Source: a virus
IMG/VR virus record: IMGVR_UViG_3300020044_003577
Location: 1-60,120 of that record
Length of the DNA stretch: 60,120 nucleotides
Strand: one strand, 5' to 3'
Shown here piece by piece: positions 24,811-32,881 of the stretch (the stretch's first letter is position 1; each line of letters opens with the position of its first letter). Made by a program: the position numbers and the translations under genes. The notes under the pieces are model-generated. The model was not told the DNA's origin and searched no databases. It worked only from the letters and a program-made list of their open reading frames with translations.

Positions 24811-26415
24811 ATGTCCCGCTGGATACATGCACCATGCCCTAAATGTAGTTCATCAGACGCATTTAGCTACAAGGAAGATGATAGCCATGGCTTCTGCTTT
24901 AGCTGTCAGAAGTCTTCACCTGTAGACCCTAACTTTAAACCAACTGTATATCACAAAGAGAATTACGACATGCATACCTTAGAGGAAATTAAAGATTATG
25001 ACACTAGAGGATTTCAAGAAAGAGCTATCACAAAAGTGGTTGCATCTCATTATGGAGTTAAAGTATCGTATGCAGAAGATGGTACAATCAGTAGTCACTT
25101 CTACCCATATACTCGTGGCGGTATCGTTGTTGCCTATAAGGAACGTAAACTACCTAAAACATTCCTTATACATGGTGACTTTAAAGACACTGAGTTATTT
25201 GGCCAGAATGTTTCCTCAGGTGGTAAGCGCATTGTTATTACTGAAGGAGAACTGGATGCGCTTGCCGTGGCACAGGCCCAACACGATAAATATTCTAAGT
25301 TCTATCCGTCAGTCGCAATTCCTTCGGCATCAGCAATGGCTCTAATTCTTAATCAACGTGAGTACCTTCGTAGCTTTGATGAAGTAGTACTTATGTTTGA
25401 TATGGATGAGCCAGGTAAGAAAGCTACTCAACAAGCAGCTAAGATTATTGGTTACGATAAGATTAAGGTAGCAGACTTACCTGAGAAAGATCCATGTGAT
25501 GTATTAATTAAACATGGTTCAGCAGAGTTAATGAAGTGTATCTTTAATGCTCGTACATACAGTCCTGCTGGTGTAGTTAAAGGTGAAGAGATCTGGGAAC
25601 AATACCAGCGTAGACAGTCTACTGTATCTGTACCTTATCCTCATTGTTTAAATGGCTTAAATGAAAAGCTATATGGCATGAGACAAGGTGAGATTGTATT
25701 GTTTACTTCAGGTACTGGCTCAGGTAAATCAACTGTTATTAAAGAAATTGTATTTGAAATCTTAAGTAAAACTACTGACATGGTAGGTATGGTTTCCCTT
25801 GAGGAATCTGTAGGTGATACTGCTCAGAAGTTTATTAGTATGCAACTTAAAAAGAATCTTAATGTTGATGTTGTATCTGAACAAGAACAATATCAAGCTT
25901 TCCAAACAGTATTTGGTGATGAACGATTAATCTTATTAGACCATCAAGGTTCTGTTAGTGATGAGTCACTTATTGATAAGATGGAACACTTAGCATTGAT
26001 GGGTTGTAAGTATATTATCCTTGATCACATCACTATTGCTGTATCTGAAGGTGCTAAGGGTAAGACAGGTAATGAGGCAGTTGACTCTGTTATGTCTGAC
26101 TTACTTAAGATAGCTAAGAAACATAACGTATGGTTAGGTGTTGTATCTCACCTACGTAAAGGTGAAAAGCCTTTTGAAGAAGGTAACTTACCTACTATTG
26201 ATGACATCAAAGGTTCTGGTTCTATCAAACAAATTTCATTTGATATTATCGCCTTTGCACGTAATATGATTGCTGAAACAGAAGCAATGCGTAATACTAT
26301 TCGTCTTCGTGTTCTTAAGTCTCGCTTTACTGGTCTCACAGGTGACTGTGGTACTACTAAGTATGATGCTGGTACAGGACGACTACAACAAAATACATTC
26401 GTAGACTTTCAATAA
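24811..26415 (+). CDS. bifunctional primase-helicase (T7 gp4-like)
   Basis: Zn ribbon CPKCSSSD..CFSCQ; TOPRIM ITEGELDALA and FDMDEPGKKA; DnaB-type Walker A SGTGSGKST; ILDHIT; SHLRK. Confidence 0.9.
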   Translation: MSRWIHAPCPKCSSSDAFSYKEDDSHGFCFSCQKSSPVDPNFKPTVYHKENYDMHTLEEIKDYDTRGFQERAITKVVASHYGVKVSYAEDGTISSHFYPYTRGGIVVAYKERKLPKTFLIHGDFKDTELFGQNVSSGGKRIVITEGELDALAVAQAQHDKYSKFYPSVAIPSASAMALILNQREYLRSFDEVVLMFDMDEPGKKATQQAAKIIGYDKIKVADLPEKDPCDVLIKHGSAELMKCIFNARTYSPAGVVKGEEIWEQYQRRQSTVSVPYPHCLNGLNEKLYGMRQGEIVLFTSGTGSGKSTVIKEIVFEILSKTTDMVGMVSLEESVGDTAQKFISMQLKKNLNVDVVSEQEQYQAFQTVFGDERLILLDHQGSVSDESLIDKMEHLALMGCKYIILDHITIAVSEGAKGKTGNEAVDSVMSDLLKIAKKHNVWLGVVSHLRKGEKPFEEGNLPTIDDIKGSGSIKQISFDIIAFARNMIAETEAMRNTIRLRVLKSRFTGLTGDCGTTKYDAGTGRLQQNTFVDFQ

Positions 26416-26424
26416 AAGGAATAC

Positions 26425-28626
26425 ATGAATCCAGTACAATATCTATCTGAAAGAGTAGCCAAAGTCGTGGTCAACTCAGATAAGATTTATAATGAGGGTG
26501 CTCGACTACTAGCACATCATCCAACATGGGAATATGACTTAGAAAGGTTTGTAAATGAATCGTGGGACACACTTCTCCGCTACTGTATTCGCAACAAGAA
26601 TGCAACTCATAGCGCATCAGTTAAACTTACTTTTGCAAGTGACCTTATCGGAAAACGAATCGCAAGAGCTATTGGAACTGATGAAAGCAACATCAAATCA
26701 ACTCTCGCTCTTGGAGACATTCTACTCGAAACATTTCTCCAAGATAGCTTAATAGATATCTTCAGAGAGTATGATGGATTTAAGGCTCCATATATGGTAC
26801 GTATTGTCAATATGCCTGACAATATTAAGCCTACATTAATAGGTACTTCATTTGAACCTTTGTTACCTATAGCTGGTCTATATAGTAACCTTACTAAAGA
26901 GCCATTCATTAAGGGATGGACTAACAGTAAACTGTTTCATGAGTACTTAGATAAACCTTTTGTACGTGCATTAGAAACATTACGCCAACAACCTTGGGTA
27001 TTAAATCAGGGTGTGTTAGAAGGTATGAGGAATTATAAGCCAACTGAAATACTAGAGTTGGTTGATGATGATGGTGTGCTATATAACTACAACATTCATT
27101 ATGAAAATTTAGAACTACCAAAGAAACTTAAGCACCTAGATGGTACTTCTTTCCTTGGTAAGAAAGACCCTAAGCTACAACGTATGCTTAGTAAGTTCTT
27201 TGAATACAATCAAGTAGTAAAGAAAGCTGAATTGATTGGTGATAGATCATTCTATCAAGAAGTATCCTGTGACTATCGTGGTCGAGTATACTATGCTGAA
27301 TCCTTCTTAGAGTTTCAGGGTAGTGACTTAGCTCGTAGTCTCTTTTTATTTCAGAATAAAAAAGAGATGGATGATCGTGGTTACTTCTGGCTTAAGGTTC
27401 ATACAGCAGGATGCTATAATGAATCCTTTAATGTTAATAAATTACCACATTATTTTACTACTGACTATAAGACCTATTTAAAAGGAGAAGGTTTAGATAC
27501 TATTTCTCTTGATAAGATGACCCTTGAAGACAGAGCTATATGGGTAGATAATAACCTAGCTAAGATAGCTAGTATTGCTAATCATTATTATATAGATACC
27601 TCTGCTGAAAAGCCATATAGCTTACTAGCTTGTTGTCTTGAAATTAAAGCATATACACAGGCTAGATCTAAAAGTAAGAAGCATATGTCTGGTCTTCCTA
27701 TCCCTATCGATGGTAGTAATAATGGATGGCAACATCTGGCAGCTATGTCTAGAGATACCCAGGCAGCTACATTAGTGTCATTAGTACCTACACCTATACA
27801 GAAAGACTTCTATGTAGCTGTGGCTAAAGAACTAATTAACATCATGCCTGACTACTTTAAGCAAAAGAATATGCCTATGAAAGATATCCGTAAAGGTATT
27901 GCTAAACGAGGCTCCATGACTCGTGCGTACTCAGCAGGTAAACAGCGTATTGCTAAAAATATGTATGATGACTGCCATGTAGAAGGATTCACTGTTAAGT
28001 ATAATATCACAGAAAAAGAATGTGGAGATCTAGCAGGTAACTTAATTAAAGCTATCAATGCAGTATGCTCTGGTCCATTAAAGACAACTAAGTTTTTACA
28101 AAAAATTGCTGAACATGAACTTAACTCTGGTCGTAATCAGCTATCATGGCATACACCCTCAGGATTTCCTGTAGTATATAAAGCATTTCTCCAACATGAA
28201 CGTAAACATAGAGGTACTATCAGGGGTATACCTGGAAACCCCAAAGGAAGGATTAGACATGTTATTAAAGTGGATGTACTCAACAAAGACACAGGTGAAA
28301 AAGTTCCTTGTAGGCGCTCCTTTGCCTCTGGTATCAGTCCTAACGTTGTCCACAGTTACGATGCTGCTCATATGGCTAACGTTATCTCTATCTTTAATGG
28401 AAATTTTGGTGCTGTCCATGATAGTTTCAGTACTCATGCCAGCGAGGTAGACTTCTTACAGGAAGTAACTAAGATGACCTTTGTAGCACAGTATGATATA
28501 GACAATTTCTTTAGTAATCTTATGAATACATTAATGCTTAACAAAGATACATTCACCTATCCTCCACCAGAAGAAGGTACATTAGATTTAAAACAAGTCT
28601 ATGAATCTAAATACTTTTTCTGCTAG
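26425..28626 (+). CDS. T7-like single-subunit DNA-dependent RNA polymerase (733 aa)
   Basis: CDYRGRVYY (T/DxxGR); motif A PIDGSNNGWQHLAAM; motif B AKRGSMTRAYSAG; SPNVVHSYDAAHM; motif C AVHDSFSTH. Confidence 0.9.
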   Translation: MNPVQYLSERVAKVVVNSDKIYNEGARLLAHHPTWEYDLERFVNESWDTLLRYCIRNKNATHSASVKLTFASDLIGKRIARAIGTDESNIKSTLALGDILLETFLQDSLIDIFREYDGFKAPYMVRIVNMPDNIKPTLIGTSFEPLLPIAGLYSNLTKEPFIKGWTNSKLFHEYLDKPFVRALETLRQQPWVLNQGVLEGMRNYKPTEILELVDDDGVLYNYNIHYENLELPKKLKHLDGTSFLGKKDPKLQRMLSKFFEYNQVVKKAELIGDRSFYQEVSCDYRGRVYYAESFLEFQGSDLARSLFLFQNKKEMDDRGYFWLKVHTAGCYNESFNVNKLPHYFTTDYKTYLKGEGLDTISLDKMTLEDRAIWVDNNLAKIASIANHYYIDTSAEKPYSLLACCLEIKAYTQARSKSKKHMSGLPIPIDGSNNGWQHLAAMSRDTQAATLVSLVPTPIQKDFYVAVAKELINIMPDYFKQKNMPMKDIRKGIAKRGSMTRAYSAGKQRIAKNMYDDCHVEGFTVKYNITEKECGDLAGNLIKAINAVCSGPLKTTKFLQKIAEHELNSGRNQLSWHTPSGFPVVYKAFLQHERKHRGTIRGIPGNPKGRIRHVIKVDVLNKDTGEKVPCRRSFASGISPNVVHSYDAAHMANVISIFNGNFGAVHDSFSTHASEVDFLQEVTKMTFVAQYDIDNFFSNLMNTLMLNKDTFTYPPPEEGTLDLKQVYESKYFFC

Positions 28627-28646
28627 TTGTCCCCTAATACCGAAGA
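28621..28646 (+). promoter_or_regulatory. phage-RNAP promoter motif copy P5 (variant ..TAATAC)
   Basis: TGCTAGTTGTCCCCTAATACCGAAGA, core at 28629-28640. It overlaps the RNAP stop codon and is 25 nt upstream of the RNR ATG. Confidence 0.5.
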
Positions 28647-28664
28647 ATAAAACAAAAGGAACTC

Positions 28665-30542
28665 ATGAACTCTTATCAACAACTTATTGCTAAATCCCGT
28701 TATGCCCGTTACTTACCTGAAAAGAAACGTAGGGAAAATTGGAATGAAACCTCTGAACGTTGGGTAACCTTCTTTAAAAGAGAACTAAAGAATAAAATTA
28801 AACCAGATGACAGTATTTGGGATATCTTAGGTAATGAAATTAATAATTTGTCTACATTACCTTCAATGCGTTCTATCATGACAGCTGGTGAGGCTCTTCG
28901 CCGCACTAATGTAGCCGCATATAATTGTTCTTATTTACCTATAGATAATCCTCGTTGTTTTGATGAGGCCATGTACATCCTATTATGTGGTACTGGAGTG
29001 GGCTTCTCGGCTGAACAACAATATACGGGTCTATTACCCCAGGTACCTTCCCTTGTAAATGATCACAATGTTACCATCAAAGTACAGGACAGCAAAGAGG
29101 GTTGGTGTGATGCCTATCGTATCCTTATTAATATGCTATACCAAGGTACTATCCCTACATGGGATGTATCCTTAGTACGTCCTGCAGGTGCTCCACTTAA
29201 AACCTTTGGTGGTCGTGCTTCGGGTCCTGGTCCATTGATTGACTTGTTTAGTTATACAGTTAATAAGTTTATGATTGCCCAAGGACGTCAGCTAAAGCCT
29301 ATCGAGTGCCATGATATCATGTGTAAGATTGGTGAGGTAGTTGTTGTAGGTGGTGTACGCCGTAGTGCTATGATTAGCTTAGGTGACTTAGGAGACTATG
29401 ACCATGCTACCGCTAAGACAGGTACATGGTGGGAACAACATGGTGAACGTGCTCTGGCTAATAACTCAGCTGTATACAATAGTAAACCTTCTGTAGGTGA
29501 GTTCATGAAGGAGTGGTTAGATATCTATAACAGTCATTCAGGTGAACGAGGAATCTTTAATCGTGAAGCATCACAAAAACAAGCAGCAAAATGGGGTCGT
29601 CGTGATAGTACCACAGAGTATGGAACAAACCCTTGCTCAGAAATTATCCTCAAGCCCTACCAATTCTGTAATCTATCTACCGTTGTTGTATCTCCCGAAG
29701 ATACTTTGGAGTCACTCAAACATAAGGTAAGAATTGCTACTATCATGGGTACCATGCAATCAACCTTAACTTACTTCCCTTACCTACGTGATATCTGGCG
29801 TACTAATACTGAGTCAGAACGCCTACTAGGTGTGTCTATGACTGGTATTCTAGACAATCAGCTACTACGTGGTCAAGGTAATATGAACCTAGAAGAAGTC
29901 TTATCTATTCTTCGTAATGTATCTCGTGAGACTAATGAAGAATGGGCTGAGATCTTGGGTATCTCTGCTTCAACAGCTATTACCTGTGTTAAGCCTGAAG
30001 GTACTGTATCTCAGTTAACACAGACAAGTAGTGGTATCCATGCTGGGCATGCTCCCTACTATATTCGCCGTATTCGTCAGGATAAAAAGGATCCCTTAAC
30101 ACAGTTCTTAATTGAACAAGGTGTTCCTCATGAAGACTGTGTAATGAAACCTGACCAAACATCTGTGTTTAGTTTCCCACAACGTTCACCAGGATTTACC
30201 CGCAAAGACTTAACCGCTATTGATCACTTAAATATCTGGTTAATGTATCAGCGTTACTGGTGCGAACACAAACCATCTGTCACTATCTCTGTTAAAGAAC
30301 ATGAGTGGATGGAGGTAGGTTCATGGGTATATGAACACTTTGATGAATGTACTGGTATCAGCTTCTTACCTGATGATGGTGGTACTTATCGTCAGGCTCC
30401 ATACGAGGATATTGACTTGTCAGTATATCATCGTTTAAAAGATACACAACCCACTATTGATTGGGAAAACTTTATTGAAGATCGTGATAATGTTGAGGGT
30501 GCTCAAACATTAGCATGTGCAGCAGGAGGATGTGAGATTTGA
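28665..30542 (+). CDS. ribonucleotide reductase, single large chain (class II / NrdJ-like suspected)
   Basis: Catalytic NPCSEI..FCNLS. The C-terminal redox pair is CAAGGCEI. No NrdB-like gene is present in the genome, so a B12-dependent class II enzyme is suspected. The class assignment is unverified. Confidence 0.75.
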   Translation: MNSYQQLIAKSRYARYLPEKKRRENWNETSERWVTFFKRELKNKIKPDDSIWDILGNEINNLSTLPSMRSIMTAGEALRRTNVAAYNCSYLPIDNPRCFDEAMYILLCGTGVGFSAEQQYTGLLPQVPSLVNDHNVTIKVQDSKEGWCDAYRILINMLYQGTIPTWDVSLVRPAGAPLKTFGGRASGPGPLIDLFSYTVNKFMIAQGRQLKPIECHDIMCKIGEVVVVGGVRRSAMISLGDLGDYDHATAKTGTWWEQHGERALANNSAVYNSKPSVGEFMKEWLDIYNSHSGERGIFNREASQKQAAKWGRRDSTTEYGTNPCSEIILKPYQFCNLSTVVVSPEDTLESLKHKVRIATIMGTMQSTLTYFPYLRDIWRTNTESERLLGVSMTGILDNQLLRGQGNMNLEEVLSILRNVSRETNEEWAEILGISASTAITCVKPEGTVSQLTQTSSGIHAGHAPYYIRRIRQDKKDPLTQFLIEQGVPHEDCVMKPDQTSVFSFPQRSPGFTRKDLTAIDHLNIWLMYQRYWCEHKPSVTISVKEHEWMEVGSWVYEHFDECTGISFLPDDGGTYRQAPYEDIDLSVYHRLKDTQPTIDWENFIEDRDNVEGAQTLACAAGGCEI

Positions 30543-30808
30543 ACTTATATAAATTTTATACAGAAACATGTGTACCATGTAGACAGATGAATGAACGTAT
30601 TAAGGATGTAGACTTTATGCTGGACTATGGTGTAGTATTTAATAGTATTAATGCACATATTTATCCAGATAAAACTAAGCTGTATGACGTCAAGACAGTA
30701 CCTACGTTTGTATTGACTGATGATAACGATAACTTAATCAGAAAGATTAATGGTGCAATTTCATTACAACAACTAGATACTTTTATTACAGGAACAGCCG
30801 TCCCCTAA
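30539..30808 (+). CDS. thioredoxin/glutaredoxin-fold redoxin (NrdC/NrdH-like)
   Basis: 89 aa with a CVPC active site near the N-terminus and ..VPTFV.. downstream. TTG start overlapping the RNR stop. Confidence 0.65.
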   Translation: MNLYKFYTETCVPCRQMNERIKDVDFMLDYGVVFNSINAHIYPDKTKLYDVKTVPTFVLTDDNDNLIRKINGAISLQQLDTFITGTAVP

Positions 30809-30817
30809 TAGGGAACA
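30792..30817 (+). promoter_or_regulatory. phage-RNAP promoter motif copy P6 (tRNA operon)
   Basis: GAACAGCCGTCCCCTAATAGGGAACA, core at 30800-30811. It spans the redoxin stop codon (TAA 30806-30808) and ends 8 nt before tRNA 1. Confidence 0.6.
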
Positions 30818-30818
30818 A

Positions 30819-30893
30819 TGCGGAGTAGCTCAATGGTAGAGCAGGGGACTCATAATCCCTTGGTCACTGGTTCGATCCCAGTTTCCGCAACCA
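30819..30893 (+). tRNA. tRNA with CAT anticodon (Met, fMet or Ile2; undecided), CCA encoded
   Basis: Hand-folded cloverleaf. Acceptor TGCGGAG/TTCCGCA; D arm GCTC-AATGGTA-GAGC; anticodon arm GGGGA-CTCATAA-TCCCT; T arm ACTGG-TTCGATC-CCAGT; discriminator A plus CCA. Confidence 0.85.
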
Positions 30894-30904
30894 TTCAAGA
30901 ATAT

Positions 30905-30979
30905 AGCGGGATAGCTCAGTAGGAGAGCGCTGGACTCATAATCCAGAGGTCGGTGGTGCGAATCCACTTTCCGCAACCA
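30905..30979 (+). tRNA. second tRNA with CAT anticodon, A1xA72 mismatch, CCA encoded
   Basis: Acceptor AGCGGGA/TTCCGCA (positions 1-72 unpaired); D arm GCTC-AGTAGGA-GAGC; anticodon arm CTGGA-CTCATAA-TCCAG; T arm GGTGG-TGCGAAT-CCACT. Confidence 0.8.
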
Positions 30980-30987
30980 ATTAATTC

Positions 30988-31040
30988 CCCACAAGATCGT
31001 ATCTGTGGGCCGACACCCTCTTTATGGGGGTGTTTCTTTT
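30988..31040 (+). terminator. double hairpin; the second has a T-run (intrinsic terminator candidate after the tRNA pair)
   Basis: Hairpin CCCACA..TGTGGG (30988-31009), then ACACCC..GGGTGT (31013-31033) followed by TTTCTTTT. Confidence 0.5.
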
Positions 31041-31049
31041 AACACCAAG

Positions 31050-31212
31050 ACGCATGGAGATTGTCCTCTGCTTAGGGCTTATAAGCGTTCGAACGGGCAA
31101 GTCAGTCTCCAGCCGTGTTGGTGTCGAGGTTCTAGTCAAACACCTGTCTGCAACAGGAGCGTAAGCAGTAAAACGCCCCAAATCAGATGACAACTGGTTC
31201 ACCAACAACTAA
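31050..31212 (+). ncRNA. structured non-coding unit 1 (unknown class)
   Basis: No credible ORF and GC-rich. It has a 5' box ACGCATGG and stem P1 GGAGATTG/CAGTCTCC (31056-31063 with 31103-31110). A 15-nt box CCAGCCGTGTTGGTG is shared with unit 2. Stem P2 pairs 31116-31123 with 31200-31207, and the unit ends in the box CACCAACAACTAA. Confidence 0.4.
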
Positions 31213-31213
31213 C

Positions 31214-31347
31214 ACGCATGGGAACTGCCAGCAATCGTTAGCCATATGGGGCTTTCAATCGTTGGACAAACAGTTCCCAGCCGTGTTGGTGGTTCCATTG
31301 CAGACTGCGGTGGTAAATTGACTGGGCCAGTAGCCACCAACAACTAA
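31214..31347 (+). ncRNA. structured non-coding unit 2 (paralogue of unit 1)
   Basis: It has the same boxes as unit 1. P1 is GGGAACTG/CAGTTCCC (31220-31227 with 31271-31278), with two compensatory pair changes relative to unit 1. P2 pairs 31284-31292 with 31334-31342. It ends 7 nt before tRNA-Arg. Confidence 0.4.
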
Positions 31348-31354
31348 ACAACAA

Positions 31355-31429
31355 GGGTCATTAGTTCAATGGATAGAACAGTGATCTTCTAAGTCACGAG
31401 TGCATGTTCGATTCATGCATGACCCACCA
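31355..31429 (+). tRNA. tRNA-Arg (anticodon TCT), CCA encoded
   Basis: Acceptor GGGTCAT/ATGACCC; D arm GTTC-AATGGATA-GAAC; anticodon arm GTGAT-CTTCTAA-GTCAC; T arm GCATG-TTCGATT-CATGC; discriminator A plus CCA. Confidence 0.85.
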
Positions 31430-31439
31430 TAGGATACAT

Positions 31440-31793
31440 ATGAAATCTAAAAAACATAACTCAAGAAAATTCCTTAACAGCAAACATGGACTAGCAGCTA
31501 TTGAAACTAGTTGTGATATTTCTGGTTGGTCTATGGATACTAGTGTTACTATCTCTGACTGTAACAGGAATATTACATTAGACTTTAGTGTATACCGAGA
31601 AAAAGATTATGCTGAGAAGGCTAAGAAATTAGCTTTAATTATTAATGAGCTAGTAACAGTACAAGAATTTATGGAAGCAAATCTAGATACCTTTATTGAG
31701 GCTAAAAAGAAAGCAGACCTAGAAAGAAAAGATTCTTTGAGTAAAAGAAAATCAACACCACTTTCACAATTATTAGGGGAATTAGATGATTAA
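31440..31793 (+). CDS. hypothetical protein (117 aa)
   Basis: ATG at 31440. The track start at 31404 lies inside tRNA-Arg and is rejected. Confidence 0.65.
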   Translation: MKSKKHNSRKFLNSKHGLAAIETSCDISGWSMDTSVTISDCNRNITLDFSVYREKDYAEKAKKLALIINELVTVQEFMEANLDTFIEAKKKADLERKDSLSKRKSTPLSQLLGELDD

Positions 31794-32025
31794 TGAATAT
31801 GATATCCGAGATATGCGTGATGACAGCATTATCTTTGAATGTAAACACAGTAACCCTAAGCTAATTACTCGTATGGAAATGTCTGCTCACTCTCATATTA
31901 CTGAGGTAGTAGAACAGTTTGAAAGATTCCTACGAGGTATGGGATACTTTCCTCCATTAGGTTCTCATCTAGACTTTGTGGATGATTATACAGCTACATA
32001 TGATTGGGCAGAAGCTAATGAGTAA
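31786..32025 (+). CDS. hypothetical protein (79 aa)
   Basis: Overlaps the previous gene by 8 nt; clean ORF. Confidence 0.65.
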   Translation: MINEYDIRDMRDDSIIFECKHSNPKLITRMEMSAHSHITEVVEQFERFLRGMGYFPPLGSHLDFVDDYTATYDWAEANE

Positions 32026-32131
32026 GGGTAGTAATCGTAGACCTACTGATGAGAAGAAATACAAAGATAACTACGACCAGATCTTTGGTAAAAACAAACA
32101 ACCAGTTAAGGAACAATCTAATGGTAAATAA
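32018..32131 (+). CDS. small basic protein (37 aa) with KYKDNYDQIFGK motif
   Basis: Hand-translated MSKGSNRRPTDEKKYKDNYDQIFGKNKQPVKEQSNGK. A Y.DN(Y/W)D.IFGK motif is recalled from small ORFs of many phages. Confidence 0.5.
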   Translation: MSKGSNRRPTDEKKYKDNYDQIFGKNKQPVKEQSNGK

Positions 32132-32582
32132 TATTTCTGTAGTACTATTACCTCTACGTAATCTTTTTGCAGATAACTTTACTGTATACTACAAGTCACA
32201 TGGTTACCACTTTAATGTTGAAGGACCAACATTTGCTCAAGATCACGAGTTATTAAACGAGATTTATGATTTCCTTTGGGCGCAACATGATGGTTTAGGT
32301 GAACAATTACGTCAGTTAGATAAGCCAGCATTACCTTCTCTTAAAGCTATCTTAGATACTACAGAGATTCTTGAGTGTAATAAACTAGGTGAGTCTAGCA
32401 AAACTATGTTTACTGAGTTATGTAATGACTTTGAAATACTAATTCAAAATGCTCAATCATTATTTGAGGTAGCTGATAAAGCTTGTTATGGTGGTTTGAA
32501 TACTTTTATTGGTGACTACCTTAGAGACCTAAGTAAACTACATTGGAAAGTAAAAGCAACTATTGGAAAGAGTTTTAAATGA
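32121..32582 (+). CDS. Dps / ferritin-like protein
   Basis: LRNLFADNFTVYYKSHGYHFNVEGPTFAQDHELLNEIY......D.LGEQLRQL matches the Dps helix A/B pattern. ATG at 32121 with an AAGGA RBS (the track start at 32049 is rejected). Confidence 0.6.
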   Translation: MVNNISVVLLPLRNLFADNFTVYYKSHGYHFNVEGPTFAQDHELLNEIYDFLWAQHDGLGEQLRQLDKPALPSLKAILDTTEILECNKLGESSKTMFTELCNDFEILIQNAQSLFEVADKACYGGLNTFIGDYLRDLSKLHWKVKATIGKSFK

Positions 32583-32833
32583 AACAATATCAGAACTATA
32601 ACATCTTTGCTTTAAGAGGTGATCGAGAGACATCTGACATGGATGTATGTACAAATCTAGGGTTAGACCCTAAACTAGCTGGTACGCCAGATATTAATGA
32701 AGCTGCTATCCGAAAGATGCACAAAGAAAATTATGAAGGATACCTTACAAAAGGTTATTCTCCAGATGAAGCATTATCTTTGGCTGATACAAATGCAGAT
32801 AGTGTTCGTAAAGAAATTAAAAGACTGATTTAA
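32579..32833 (+). CDS. hypothetical protein (84 aa), last gene of the plus arm
   Basis: ATGA coupling, clean ORF. Confidence 0.65.
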   Translation: MKQYQNYNIFALRGDRETSDMDVCTNLGLDPKLAGTPDINEAAIRKMHKENYEGYLTKGYSPDEALSLADTNADSVRKEIKRLI

Positions 32834-32880
32834 AAAAAAATAGCCCTTCAAGGAATTATCCTTGAGGGGCTTTTTATTTT
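32832..32880. terminator. bidirectional intrinsic terminator at the convergence of the two arms
   Basis: 12-bp stem GCCCTTCAAGGA/TCCTTGAGGGGC (32843-32854 with 32859-32870), loop ATTA. It is flanked by an A-run upstream and a T-run downstream. Confidence 0.8.
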
Positions 32881-32881
32881 G

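Noticed and set aside
30819-30893. Calling tRNA 1 an initiator tRNA because of G-C pairs in the anticodon stem
   Set aside because: Only two of the three diagnostic G-C pairs are present (position 31-39 is A-U), and positions 1-72 are paired (U-A).
30981-31208. ORFs 30981..31208 (-) and 31005..31190 (+) between the tRNAs
   Set aside because: They overlap each other, lack an RBS, have Arg/Cys/Pro-rich implausible products, and lie in a region better explained by hairpins and two paralogous structured RNA units.
31766-31780. Partial promoter-like motif on the minus strand (TTCCCCTAATAATTG)
   Set aside because: It lies inside a plus-strand CDS, lacks the conserved G-T and the final G of the core, and has no gene to drive.
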